DNA of 64,000 nucleotides from Acidimicrobiales bacterium (GTDB lineage Bacteria > Actinomycetota > Acidimicrobiia > Acidimicrobiales > Bog-793), in contig JBEKBX010000002.1 in the NCBI GenBank assembly GCA_050015175.1, positions 118,614 through 182,613 on the forward strand. The letters run 5' to 3'. The translations under genes and the position numbers were made by a program. Under the pieces are notes generated by a model, which saw only the letters and a program-made list of their open reading frames with translations, was not told the DNA's origin and searched no databases. This document shows, piece by piece, positions 56,247 through 64,000 of this stretch (positions are counted from its first letter, which is position 1; every line of letters starts with the position of its first letter).

Positions 56247-57314
56247 TCAGCGCTCCGCCAGGCGCAGGCGCACCTGGTCACCCGCAACAGCGGCGACCAC
56301 GATGACGCCGGTGGCCACCTCTTGCCAGCTGCCGCTGACGCCGATCAGCACGAGGCCTGTGACCAACAGGGCGATGATGAAAGTCCCCACCACCGTGCCG
56401 AGCATGTGGCCCCGTCCTCCGAAAAGGCTGGCGCCCCCGATGACGACCGCGGCGATGGCGTTGAGCTCATCGTTCTGACCGGCCAACGGTGAGGCGTCGG
56501 TGAAGTTGGCCATCACCATCATCCCTGCCAGGCCGGCCAGGAGCCCGGATATCGTGTAGACCTTCACAAGGTGGTTGTCGACCCCGATGCCGGCGCGTCG
56601 CGCGCCCATGCCGTTGCTGCCTATCGCGTAGGTGCGCAACCCGAAACGGGTGCGGTGCAGGAGTAGTCCCATGAACGCGCAGCTCAACCCTGCCACCAGC
56701 ACCGGGACGTAGATCCAGCCGCCGATCAAGGTCTGGCCGATGGTGCCGATCTGGGAGGGGAGGTTGATGACCTCGTTGCCACCGTTGATCAACGGGGTCG
56801 CCCCGGCCCCAATGGCGGTCAGGCTACCCAGCGTGACGATGAAGGGGGGCAGCTTTAGCCGGGTGATGAGGTAGCCGTTCACGAAGCCGATGAGCGCCCC
56901 CAACGCCAGGGCGGTCGCGAAACCGGCCACGGTCGTGAGCGTGACGTTCGCGTGCGCGTTGAGAAGACCCTGCATGACCACTCCCGAGACCATGCCCGTG
57001 AAACCGAGCACGGCTCCGTCGGAGAGGTCGATGCCACCGGTGATGATCACGAAGGTCTGGCCGATGGCAAGCAGCAGGAACTCAACTGCATACTGGGAGA
57101 TGTTCAGCCAGCTGGCTCGAGTGAACAGGTCGTGGGAAGGCGAGAGGAACCCGAATACCAGGACCATGATGACGAAGACGCCCAGCATCCAGTAGTCCCC
57201 GAAGCGGTCCACGGCATTGAGCAAGCCTGACCGTTGACTCTCCTCGCCCTCTGGACCAGAACCGTTGGTCGCCGTCCCTGCTGGGGTGAACGCGGAGGGC
57301 AACCTAATCGACAT
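56247..57314 (-). CDS. Sugar ABC transporter permease (RbsC type)
   Basis: 355 aa, polytopic, with a BPD_transp_2-type pattern (TGGIDLSDGA, FGGRG). Confidence 0.9.
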   Translation of the reverse strand: MSIRLPSAFTPAGTATNGSGPEGEESQRSGLLNAVDRFGDYWMLGVFVIMVLVFGFLSPSHDLFTRASWLNISQYAVEFLLLAIGQTFVIITGGIDLSDGAVLGFTGMVSGVVMQGLLNAHANVTLTTVAGFATALALGALIGFVNGYLITRLKLPPFIVTLGSLTAIGAGATPLINGGNEVINLPSQIGTIGQTLIGGWIYVPVLVAGLSCAFMGLLLHRTRFGLRTYAIGSNGMGARRAGIGVDNHLVKVYTISGLLAGLAGMMVMANFTDASPLAGQNDELNAIAAVVIGGASLFGGRGHMLGTVVGTFIIALLVTGLVLIGVSGSWQEVATGVIVVAAVAGDQVRLRLAER

Positions 57315-57343
57315 GAGCCTGTCCCCGCCCCCGACCCAGCGGC

Positions 57344-58162
57344 CTATTCACCCGCATGGCGTTCCGTTCCCAGCGCAGCGCCGGTGATCCAGCTGACCAT
57401 GTCGTCTACGGTCACTTCCGAGCAGCGAAGATCGGCCACGACATGCCCGTGGAACAACACGGCCACCCTGTCAGCGAGCTTGTGCACCTGGGGCAGGTTG
57501 TGGGTGATCAGGAGGATGGGAACGCCGTGCGCTGACACCGAGCGGATCAGCTCTCCCACAGTCTCCTGCTGCTCGACGCCGAGGGCGGCCGTGGGCTCGT
57601 CCATGAGGAGGACTCGCGAGCCCCAGGACACAGCCCGCCCCACCGCGATCGCCTGGCGCTGGCCGCCGGAGAGTCTCCCTGCCAGGGAGTTCACCGAAGC
57701 TATACGGATGTGGGTCCGATCGAGGTCCGCCTCTGCCTCACGGGCCATTCCGCGGCGATCGAGCCAGCCCATTAGGCGGAGAGGTCCTTTCACAGTCTTC
57801 TCGCGGCCGAGGAAGATGTTCTGCCATACGCTCAAGTCGGGTGCGAGTGAGAGATCCTGGTAGACGGTCTCGATACCCGCGCGGCGCGCCTCCAGGGAAG
57901 AGGCGAACGTCACCGGATGGCCGTCCAGCAGGATCGTGCCTGCGTTCGGCTGCAAAGCCCCTGAAAGGATGTTCACAAGGGTCGACTTGCCGGCGCCGTT
58001 GTCGCCTATCAGCCCGACCACTTCACCTTTGTGAACGTCCAGGTCGACACTGCGCAGCGCTTGTATGCTGCCGAAGTGCTTGGCGATGCCCCTGACCGCG
58101 ATGACCGGCGGCCCCGCGTCGGAAGCGACGCTCTCCGGGACCACGCCAGTGGTAAAGCTCAT
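57344..58162 (-). CDS. Sugar ABC transporter ATP-binding protein, single NBD
   Basis: 272 aa with Walker A GDNGAGKST, signature LSGGQRQ and Walker B LLMDEPT. Confidence 0.9.
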   Translation of the reverse strand: MSFTTGVVPESVASDAGPPVIAVRGIAKHFGSIQALRSVDLDVHKGEVVGLIGDNGAGKSTLVNILSGALQPNAGTILLDGHPVTFASSLEARRAGIETVYQDLSLAPDLSVWQNIFLGREKTVKGPLRLMGWLDRRGMAREAEADLDRTHIRIASVNSLAGRLSGGQRQAIAVGRAVSWGSRVLLMDEPTAALGVEQQETVGELIRSVSAHGVPILLITHNLPQVHKLADRVAVLFHGHVVADLRCSEVTVDDMVSWITGAALGTERHAGE

Positions 58163-58214
58163 GCACTCTTCTCCCGTGCGTAAATCTTTCGCAACATTGC
58201 AGGTTTAGGCAACG

Positions 58215-59570
58215 ATGTCAAGGGCCTTTCCCGAGTTGCTGATCGGGATCGACGTCGGAACGACGATGATCAAGGCCGCCGTGGTTGGCCCGGATGGCAG
58301 GGAGATCTCCTGGGGTAATGCGCCCACCCCGTGGCGGCCGGTTCCCACCGGTGCGGAGGTCGATCCAGGCGACCTCTTCGACGCTGCCATGCGGGCGGCG
58401 GGCGAGGCGCTGGACACGGCGCCGGAGGGACGGATCGTTGGAATGGGCATCACCAGCATGGCTGAGACGGTGGTTCTTCTCGGCCAGGACGGTCTCCCGG
58501 CGACCGCGTCGATTGCCTGGCACGACACCCGTGGCTCCGAAGAGGCAGAGCAGCTTGCCGGCGAGCTCGGTCGCGACGCCTTCACCGAGTTCACCGGCCT
58601 GCCCATGTCCGCCATGTGCACTCTTGCCAAGCTGGCCTGGCTTCGCCGCCACGGTGCCCCCCAGATGTACCGGGCGCTCAACGTCGCCGACTGGGTGCTC
58701 CACCGGCTCGGCGCCGAACAGGTCGCCGAAGCCTCCCTCGCCTCACGAACCGGCGCTCTTTGCCTCGTCGGACGAAGCTGGTGGGTGGAGGCCCTGCAGT
58801 CGGCAGGAGCCCCAGAAGGGCTGTTCCCGCCAGTCGTGAGCGCGGGGCAGCTGGTGGGAAGAGCTGAAGGCGTAGTGCCCGCACGGTTGCGGGGAGCGGC
58901 TCTGGCCTCTGCGGGCCACGATCACCTCTGTGTGGCAGCCGGCTCGGGAGCGACCCGGCCCGGGCAGTTGCTCGATTCTTGTGGCACGGCCGAGGCGGTG
59001 GTCAGAGCGGTGGAGCCTCTTCCGGCCCCAGCTCTCCGCCGAGTTGTCGACGCCGGCTTCAGTGCCGGCTGGCACACACTGCCAGGAAAGTACGCCCTCC
59101 TCGGCGGCCAAACACTCGGGCTCACACTGGACCGGGTGCTCGCCTTGCTCGGAGTGGACGGCGGCGAGCCTCTTGCCACCTTGGACCGCCAGGCTCGGGG
59201 AGTACCCGCCGGGTCTCTCCGTCTGGTGCAGGAACACCCGTACTCGGATCCGTCCATCGTGGGCATCGGACCGGGCGCGTCTCCTGCCGCCTTGTGGAGC
59301 GCTGCTCTTGATGCTGTCACCGAAGGAGCTGGACGCCTGGCACAGAACATGGACTCGATCGCCGGGCCCACCGAGGAAGTGATCCTCACCGGAGGTTGGG
59401 TCCGCTGCGCGGGCCTGCGGAGGCGCAAGAGGCAGATGTTTCGCCAGGTGACCTGGCCGGCGTTGGCCGAAGCCGGCGCTCGCGGCGCCGCCCTTTTCGG
59501 CGGGGTCGCCGCAGGCGTGTTCGACGCTCCGGAGGCCTTCCCCCGGCCGGAGGATCGAAAGGAGGACTAG
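58215..59570 (+). CDS. FGGY-family carbohydrate kinase
   Basis: 451 aa with LLIGIDVGTTMIKAAV, WHDTRG and a C-terminal GGW..../ARGAALFGG. It is divergent from the ABC operon across 52 nt. Confidence 0.8.
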   Translation: MSRAFPELLIGIDVGTTMIKAAVVGPDGREISWGNAPTPWRPVPTGAEVDPGDLFDAAMRAAGEALDTAPEGRIVGMGITSMAETVVLLGQDGLPATASIAWHDTRGSEEAEQLAGELGRDAFTEFTGLPMSAMCTLAKLAWLRRHGAPQMYRALNVADWVLHRLGAEQVAEASLASRTGALCLVGRSWWVEALQSAGAPEGLFPPVVSAGQLVGRAEGVVPARLRGAALASAGHDHLCVAAGSGATRPGQLLDSCGTAEAVVRAVEPLPAPALRRVVDAGFSAGWHTLPGKYALLGGQTLGLTLDRVLALLGVDGGEPLATLDRQARGVPAGSLRLVQEHPYSDPSIVGIGPGASPAALWSAALDAVTEGAGRLAQNMDSIAGPTEEVILTGGWVRCAGLRRRKRQMFRQVTWPALAEAGARGAALFGGVAAGVFDAPEAFPRPEDRKED

Positions 59571-59574
59571 ACCG

Positions 59575-60612
59575 GTGCCCATGCAGAAGATCATCAACGA
59601 CCCGAATGCCTTCGTGGACGAGATGCTCGAGGGCGTACTACTGGCACACCCGGACGAGCTGCGGCGAGCGGGGGATACCCGTGTAATCGTCCGGGCCGAC
59701 GCACCCAGGCAAGGCAAGGTGGGGATCGTGACAGGCGGGGGCTCGGGTCACCTCCCGGTCTTCCTGGGCTACGTGGGTTTCGGATTGGCGGACGGAGTGG
59801 CCGTGGGCAATGTCTTCGCCTCACCGTCCTCCGAGCAGATCCTCGAGGCGACCAGGGAGGTCAACGGCAATGCGGGCGTGGTCTATCTCTACGGCAACTA
59901 CTCAGGCGACGTGATGAACTTCGACCTCGCGGGCGAGTTGGCCGAATCCGAGGGGATCGAAATCGCCACGGTGCTAGCTGCAGACGACGTGGCGTCCGCC
60001 CCGAAGGGATCGGAGTCACGTCGTCGGGGCATTGCCGGCATCGCTTTCCTGTACAAGGTGGCAGGGGCACGGGCGGAGGAGGGGGCGACACTTGTCGAGG
60101 TGGTAGCCGCCGCTAACGCGGCCGCTGCCGGGTTGCGTTCCATGGGTGTGGCTTTGTCCTCCTGCGTGCTGCCGGCAGCGGGACAGCCCACATTCAGCCT
60201 TCCCGAAGGGGAGATGGAGATCGGCATGGGTATCCACGGCGAGCCAGGCGTGCGGCGGGGAGTGCTCGAGCCCGCTGAGCGGATCGCCGAGCAGCTTCTC
60301 GGCCACATCGTCGACGACTTGCCTTACCGCCGTGGCGACGAGGTGGCGGTGCTGGTCAACGGGCTCGGGGCAACCCCCAGGGAGGAGCTCTACATACTCT
60401 TCCGATCGGTCAGGGAGATCCTTGGCTCCTGCGGGATCGCCGTGCGTCGGACGTGGGTGGGCGAGTACGCCACCTCGCTGGAGATGGCGGGCGCATCTGT
60501 GTCGTTGCTGCGCCTGGACGACGAGCTGGCCAGACTCCTCGACGCTCCATGCGAGTCCCCCTTCATCGTGAGAAGAGGTGGTGGGCCTTCGCACGATGGA
60601 GGCGGCAGATGA
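59575..60612 (+). CDS. dhaK: Dihydroxyacetone-kinase family, DhaK (substrate-binding) subunit
   Basis: 345 aa with KIINDPNAFVDEMLEG, VTGGGSGHLP, YGNYSGD and GMGIHGEPG. The start is GTG 59575 or ATG 59581. Confidence 0.9.
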   Translation: MPMQKIINDPNAFVDEMLEGVLLAHPDELRRAGDTRVIVRADAPRQGKVGIVTGGGSGHLPVFLGYVGFGLADGVAVGNVFASPSSEQILEATREVNGNAGVVYLYGNYSGDVMNFDLAGELAESEGIEIATVLAADDVASAPKGSESRRRGIAGIAFLYKVAGARAEEGATLVEVVAAANAAAAGLRSMGVALSSCVLPAAGQPTFSLPEGEMEIGMGIHGEPGVRRGVLEPAERIAEQLLGHIVDDLPYRRGDEVAVLVNGLGATPREELYILFRSVREILGSCGIAVRRTWVGEYATSLEMAGASVSLLRLDDELARLLDAPCESPFIVRRGGGPSHDGGGR

Positions 60613-61241
60613 ACCCTGGGAGCCCTGGGTTAGCAGGGTTGCTGGCGGTGGCGGCTGATGCCGTCGCGTCCTCGGCTGCCGAGCTGAACCGCCTGGACGG
60701 CTTTGCCGGCGACGGGGATCTCGGGATCACCATGTCGGCGGCCGCTCGGGCGCTCAGGGGAGTGCTCGGAGGCAACGAGGAGGCGGAGCCCGACAAGCTG
60801 CTTGCCGCCTGTGGCGCCGCGATAGCGCGCGACGCCCCGTCGACCAGCGGCACATTGGTGGCCACCGGGTTCCTGCGCGCCGCCAAGGTGGTGGGGGAAC
60901 CAGGAGGAGATGCCGTCAAGATCCTGGCCAGCGCTTTCGAGGCAGCTAAGGAGGGCATCCAGGCCCGGGGCAAGGCGGCTGTAGGGGATCGGACCATAGT
61001 GGACGGTCTGCAAGCCATCTGTGCCAGTCTGCGGGCTTCCGCTTTCGCGGACCTGAACCTTGTGGAAGCTCTGGGTGCTGCCGCAGAAGCGGCTTCCGCC
61101 GCAGCCGATGCCACCGCCGCGATGGAGCCCAAGATCGGGAGGGCGAGCTGGGTGCCCGACCGCGCCAAAGGGCATCCCGACGCCGGCTGCGCCATGCTCG
61201 CCATCGCTCTGCGAGGGGTGGCGGAGCGCGTCGGCGGCTAG
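60609..61241 (+). CDS. dhaL: Dihydroxyacetone-kinase family, DhaL (nucleotide-binding) subunit
   Basis: Track ORF trimmed to the ATG at 60609, which overlaps the dhaK stop (ATGA). 210 aa with LNRLDGFAGDGDLGITM, PSTSGTL and GDRTIVD. Confidence 0.85.
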   Translation: MNPGSPGLAGLLAVAADAVASSAAELNRLDGFAGDGDLGITMSAAARALRGVLGGNEEAEPDKLLAACGAAIARDAPSTSGTLVATGFLRAAKVVGEPGGDAVKILASAFEAAKEGIQARGKAAVGDRTIVDGLQAICASLRASAFADLNLVEALGAAAEAASAAADATAAMEPKIGRASWVPDRAKGHPDAGCAMLAIALRGVAERVGG

Positions 61242-61246
61242 CGCCC

Positions 61247-61280
61247 CCGCCTGCGGACGCGTGTGCACGCGTCCCGGCGG
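61247..61280. terminator. GC-rich hairpin between the convergent dhaL and URO-D-like genes
   Basis: CCGCC..GGACGCGTG-TG-CACGCGTCC..GGCGG, starting 6 nt after the dhaL stop. There is no strong U-tract. Confidence 0.5.
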
Positions 61281-61334
61281 GTCCAACGTCGGAGACGAAC
61301 CACCAAGACTTTCCGATGCACCAGGGCCGAGCAC

Positions 61335-62396
61335 TCACTCACCTATCTGAACGCTTGTGGCGGGGGATGGCCCGGGTTGGTGCTGAGTCGCGTACCGGAT
61401 CAATGCCCGAAGGTTCTCCGGCGGAGTTCGCGGCGAGACCTCGCAACCTGCACCCACGATGTGGAACGAGCCGCAAGTTTCGTGGCATCTGGCGGCCGCG
61501 GCCTCAACGGCCTCGGGCGTCCCCTCGAGCAGATCTGTGACCGTCGAGACGTTCCCGAGGATCACGCGGTCCGGGCCGAGGCCGGCTCTCGCTGCATCCA
61601 GGTTGGTCGGGAAGTCAAGTTCGTAGATATCGACCGGCAGGGTGGCCATATCAGGGATGAGGCGTGCCACGTTCCCGCACATGTGCTGACGAATGATCAC
61701 CTCGGGGTGAGCGTCGCGGATCGATTGCAGGATACGGCGTTGCCAGGGGAGGACGAGGTCGCGGTAGTGCCGGGGACCGATCATGCTGGCGGCTGCATCG
61801 CTCATGCCGATCGTGTCCGCGCCGGCTTCGATCTGCGCCGCGGCATACGCGATCGCCACTTCCGAGGTGAAGTCCATCAAGTCGTGGACGAAGCTCGGGT
61901 CGTCCACGATGTCGGTCATGATCCTGTTGAGCCCTCGCAGCTCTTGTGCGAGAGCTAGCGGCCCTTCAACCCAACCGACGATCGACGTCTCGCCGCCCAG
62001 CTCTCGAAGGCAGATCTCGATCGAGTGGATCCGGTCTTGCATGCGGCCTTTTCGGTGAGGGTCCGGCACGGTGAACTTGTTCAGCCGAGCCTTGTCCACA
62101 AGCGCCGCCTGTTGTTCGAGGATCGCAGGGCCCTGGTCCTCGAACCACTTGACGCTGCCGTCGCCGGCGATGTCGATCACTTCGCGCGCTGGGTCCGAGC
62201 ACATCAAGACGCAGTCGATGCCGAAGTCCCTGACGACCTTGAGCTGGGCTTCCGCCAGTGTCCCGCCATCTCTGGTGTATTCGATATACGGGACCCCAGC
62301 ATGCCTTGCGGCGAACGTCATGACCATCGGCTGAGCCGGCAGGTGGTCGACTGGCTTTCCCGCAATGACGCCTCGGACTCGGTCGAGTGGACGCAT
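61335..62396 (-). CDS. Uroporphyrinogen-decarboxylase (URO-D) superfamily protein, MtaA/MtbA-like rather than HemE-like
   Basis: 353 aa. The URO-D fold layout is GKPVDHLPAQP...SDP...GADTIGMSDAAASMIGP...HMCGN. It lacks the HemE N-terminal PVWFMRQAGR-type motif. Confidence 0.75.
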   Translation of the reverse strand: MRPLDRVRGVIAGKPVDHLPAQPMVMTFAARHAGVPYIEYTRDGGTLAEAQLKVVRDFGIDCVLMCSDPAREVIDIAGDGSVKWFEDQGPAILEQQAALVDKARLNKFTVPDPHRKGRMQDRIHSIEICLRELGGETSIVGWVEGPLALAQELRGLNRIMTDIVDDPSFVHDLMDFTSEVAIAYAAAQIEAGADTIGMSDAAASMIGPRHYRDLVLPWQRRILQSIRDAHPEVIIRQHMCGNVARLIPDMATLPVDIYELDFPTNLDAARAGLGPDRVILGNVSTVTDLLEGTPEAVEAAAARCHETCGSFHIVGAGCEVSPRTPPENLRALIRYATQHQPGPSPATSVQIGE

Positions 62397-62780
62397 CTTG
62401 AGTCTCCGTTCCTTTTGGCATGCCGCCGTAGAGCATGTCCCCGCTCATCGTCGGAGTCGAGCCGGTCTTGATCCCTCGCAGTCGTAGGCGCTTGCGGAGG
62501 GCCTGCCCGCCTCGATGGTTGCACCGGAAGGTGCCCGTTGCCCTGCCCAGCGCGTTGTCCGGATCACAGTGGGAGCAAGGCGCCACCGCGCACGAGACCG
62601 CTTCGAGGGAGGCTCGATGCTTGGCTTGCCGCGCCGGGGTCTCCCGCAGGCGAGGAGGCAAGCTGGCCACGCTGGTGCACCTCGCGCGCCCGAGCACACC
62701 GGTTGGGCGTGGTCGGTATGGTGCCTTGGGCACGACCGGGACCTCCGAGGGGTTGTCCCGATCGCGTTGGCATGTCGGCG

Positions 62781-62820
62781 CTCACCTTGCCGGCGAGGCC
62801 GCCCACGCCGGCAAGGTGAG
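62781..62820 (-). terminator. Perfect 15-bp-stem hairpin downstream of the second SBP gene
   Basis: CTCACCTTGCCGGCG (62781-62795) / CGCCGGCAAGGTGAG (62806-62820) with a 10-nt loop, 13 nt past the SBP2 stop. There is no clear U-tract on the minus strand. Confidence 0.45.
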
Positions 62821-62833
62821 CCTCTTTGAGTCC

Positions 62834-63847
62834 CTAGATGGAGCTCTTGTAGAAGTACTGGGCAATCTTGGGGTTGCTGGCGTTGGTGGTCGTCGCCACC
62901 ACGTTCGGCAGGTACACCTGCTTGTTGATGAGGGACTTGTGTCCCGTGAGGTAGTCGTAGGCATACTGCACGCCCAAGGCACCTTCCTTGGCGGGATTCT
63001 GGATCACCAGGATGTTGATGACGCCCTGCTTGAGCAGGCTCACCTGGGCGGGTTCGGCGTCGTAACCGGCCACGAAGACCTTGCCCTTCAGCCCGGCGGC
63101 GTCGACACCCTTACCGACGCCTTCGACCGAGTATCCGTTAGTGCCGAAGATCCCTACCAGGTCCGGGTGCGCAAGGATGATGCTTCTCGTCTGCGTCTCT
63201 GCAGTCGTCGCGTTGTCCATGTCGTAGTCCAGGGCTACCAACTTCATGTTGGGGTACTTCTTCATCTCGAAGGCGAATCCGGACTGGCGCAGATCTGTGG
63301 TGGACACGCCTTGTTCGACGCTGACGATCGCCACCTGCCCCTTGTCGTGAGCAAGCTTGGCGAGCGCATCAGCGGCAGCCTCGCCGCCCTGGTAGTTGTC
63401 CGAACTGATCGCCGAGGTCAGTATCGAAGTGTTCTTGAGGGTGTTGTCCACCGCGATAACCGGGATCCCGGCCTTCACGAACTCGTCGATCGGGTTGAAC
63501 AGGGCCACCACGTCGGTCGGGCAAATGACCAAGGCATCGGGCTTGCTTGCGAGCACCGACTTGACCAGAGGGATCTGGACTGAGGGCTCCCACTGGGTGG
63601 CACCAACCCACTTGAGCGTTACCCCAAGCTTCCTGGCCTCCTGGATAGCGCCGTAGTGCATGGTGATGTAGAAGGGATCGACGGTGTTCCCGGGGATCAA
63701 CACGATCGTGTACCTGGTGGCGGTGCCAGCTGTCGCCGCCCCTATACCTGCCGTGACGGCGAGAGTCGTGCTGGCAATGAGGCCGAGCACCACTACCGCG
63801 ATCGCGGCGCGCGTCCGCCCGCCTTTGAGCCAATGTCTATGGATCAT
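62834..63847 (-). CDS. Sugar ABC transporter substrate-binding protein, close paralogue of 55180..56193
   Basis: Track ORF trimmed to the ATG at 63847 (337 aa, the same length as the first SBP). It is collinear with the first SBP, and most residues are identical by visual alignment. Confidence 0.9.
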   Translation of the reverse strand: MIHRHWLKGGRTRAAIAVVVLGLIASTTLAVTAGIGAATAGTATRYTIVLIPGNTVDPFYITMHYGAIQEARKLGVTLKWVGATQWEPSVQIPLVKSVLASKPDALVICPTDVVALFNPIDEFVKAGIPVIAVDNTLKNTSILTSAISSDNYQGGEAAADALAKLAHDKGQVAIVSVEQGVSTTDLRQSGFAFEMKKYPNMKLVALDYDMDNATTAETQTRSIILAHPDLVGIFGTNGYSVEGVGKGVDAAGLKGKVFVAGYDAEPAQVSLLKQGVINILVIQNPAKEGALGVQYAYDYLTGHKSLINKQVYLPNVVATTTNASNPKIAQYFYKSSI

Positions 63848-64000
63848 TCTTCCTCGCAATTTCCCTTTATTGATGCACGGGATGAGTTGGGACGTCATGG
63901 CTTGGGGCTCTGCCAACCGCAATCGCGTTTGGCTGCCCGCCACGGCACTGATAACGATAACGCTGATGTCGAGCTATTGCCAGCGGGACTGACATCGGGA

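Noticed and set aside
58163-58214. 52-nt divergent region between the sugar ABC ATPase and the FGGY kinase, containing GCAACATTGC.
   Set aside because: The dyad has only 4-bp arms and no regulator gene is nearby in the window. It is too weak to call an operator.
1-64000. Search for CRISPR arrays, IS elements or transposases, integrases, phage genes, toxin-antitoxin pairs, defence systems, and tRNA or rRNA genes.
   Set aside because: I found no repeat-spacer periodicity, no transposase- or integrase-like ORFs, no terminal inverted repeats, and no tRNA- or rRNA-like segments by eye. The window appears to be core metabolic chromosome rather than a mobile or defence island.

Overview
This is a GC-rich, gene-dense chromosomal segment with about 55 protein genes. 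I recognised no rRNA, tRNA, CRISPR array, IS element or integrase by eye. It looks actinobacterial: it has the mycothiol amidase mca, Tat-type lipoprotein/SBP signals, frequent GTG/TTG starts, and many 4-8 nt start/stop overlaps. Layout: (i) 1-19 kb holds envelope and housekeeping genes: pspA plus a PspA-associated gene, mca, SPFH, PAP2, DedA, lepB, a CHAP hydrolase behind a candidate c-di-AMP riboswitch, moeA/mobA, a pabB-pabC fusion, an aldehyde dehydrogenase, and an isolated hutI. (ii) 19-32 kb is an IclR-associated catabolic island. A peptide/opine-type ABC importer (SBP on one flank, permeases and fused ATPase on the other) brackets a Zn-ADH, a KduD-like SDR, an FAD oxidase and an FGGY kinase. 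(iii) 32-54 kb is a region for catabolism of histidine-derived compounds. It contains a five-gene translationally coupled operon (cyclic amidohydrolase, divergent urocanase paralogue, DUF917, M20 carbamoylase, MIO-less HAL-family lyase) that maps onto ergothioneine-type degradation. It also contains MFS, LysR, amt, fhs, a cyclodeaminase, bifunctional ftcD, and a second operon: NCS1 permease, canonical hutU, aconitase-X large and small subunits, and a LarA-like DUF2088 protein. (iv) 54-64 kb is a sugar/polyol-type island: a class I aldolase-like gene, an RbsB-type ABC transporter, a divergent FGGY kinase with dhaK and dhaL (no dhaM), a URO-D/MtaA-like gene, and a second close paralogue of the SBP. 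The two most interesting items are the ergothioneine-like operon with its MIO-less lyase and the unprecedented hutU-AcnX-LarA-like operon. All functional calls rest on motif and family recognition from the translated ORFs; no database search was possible.
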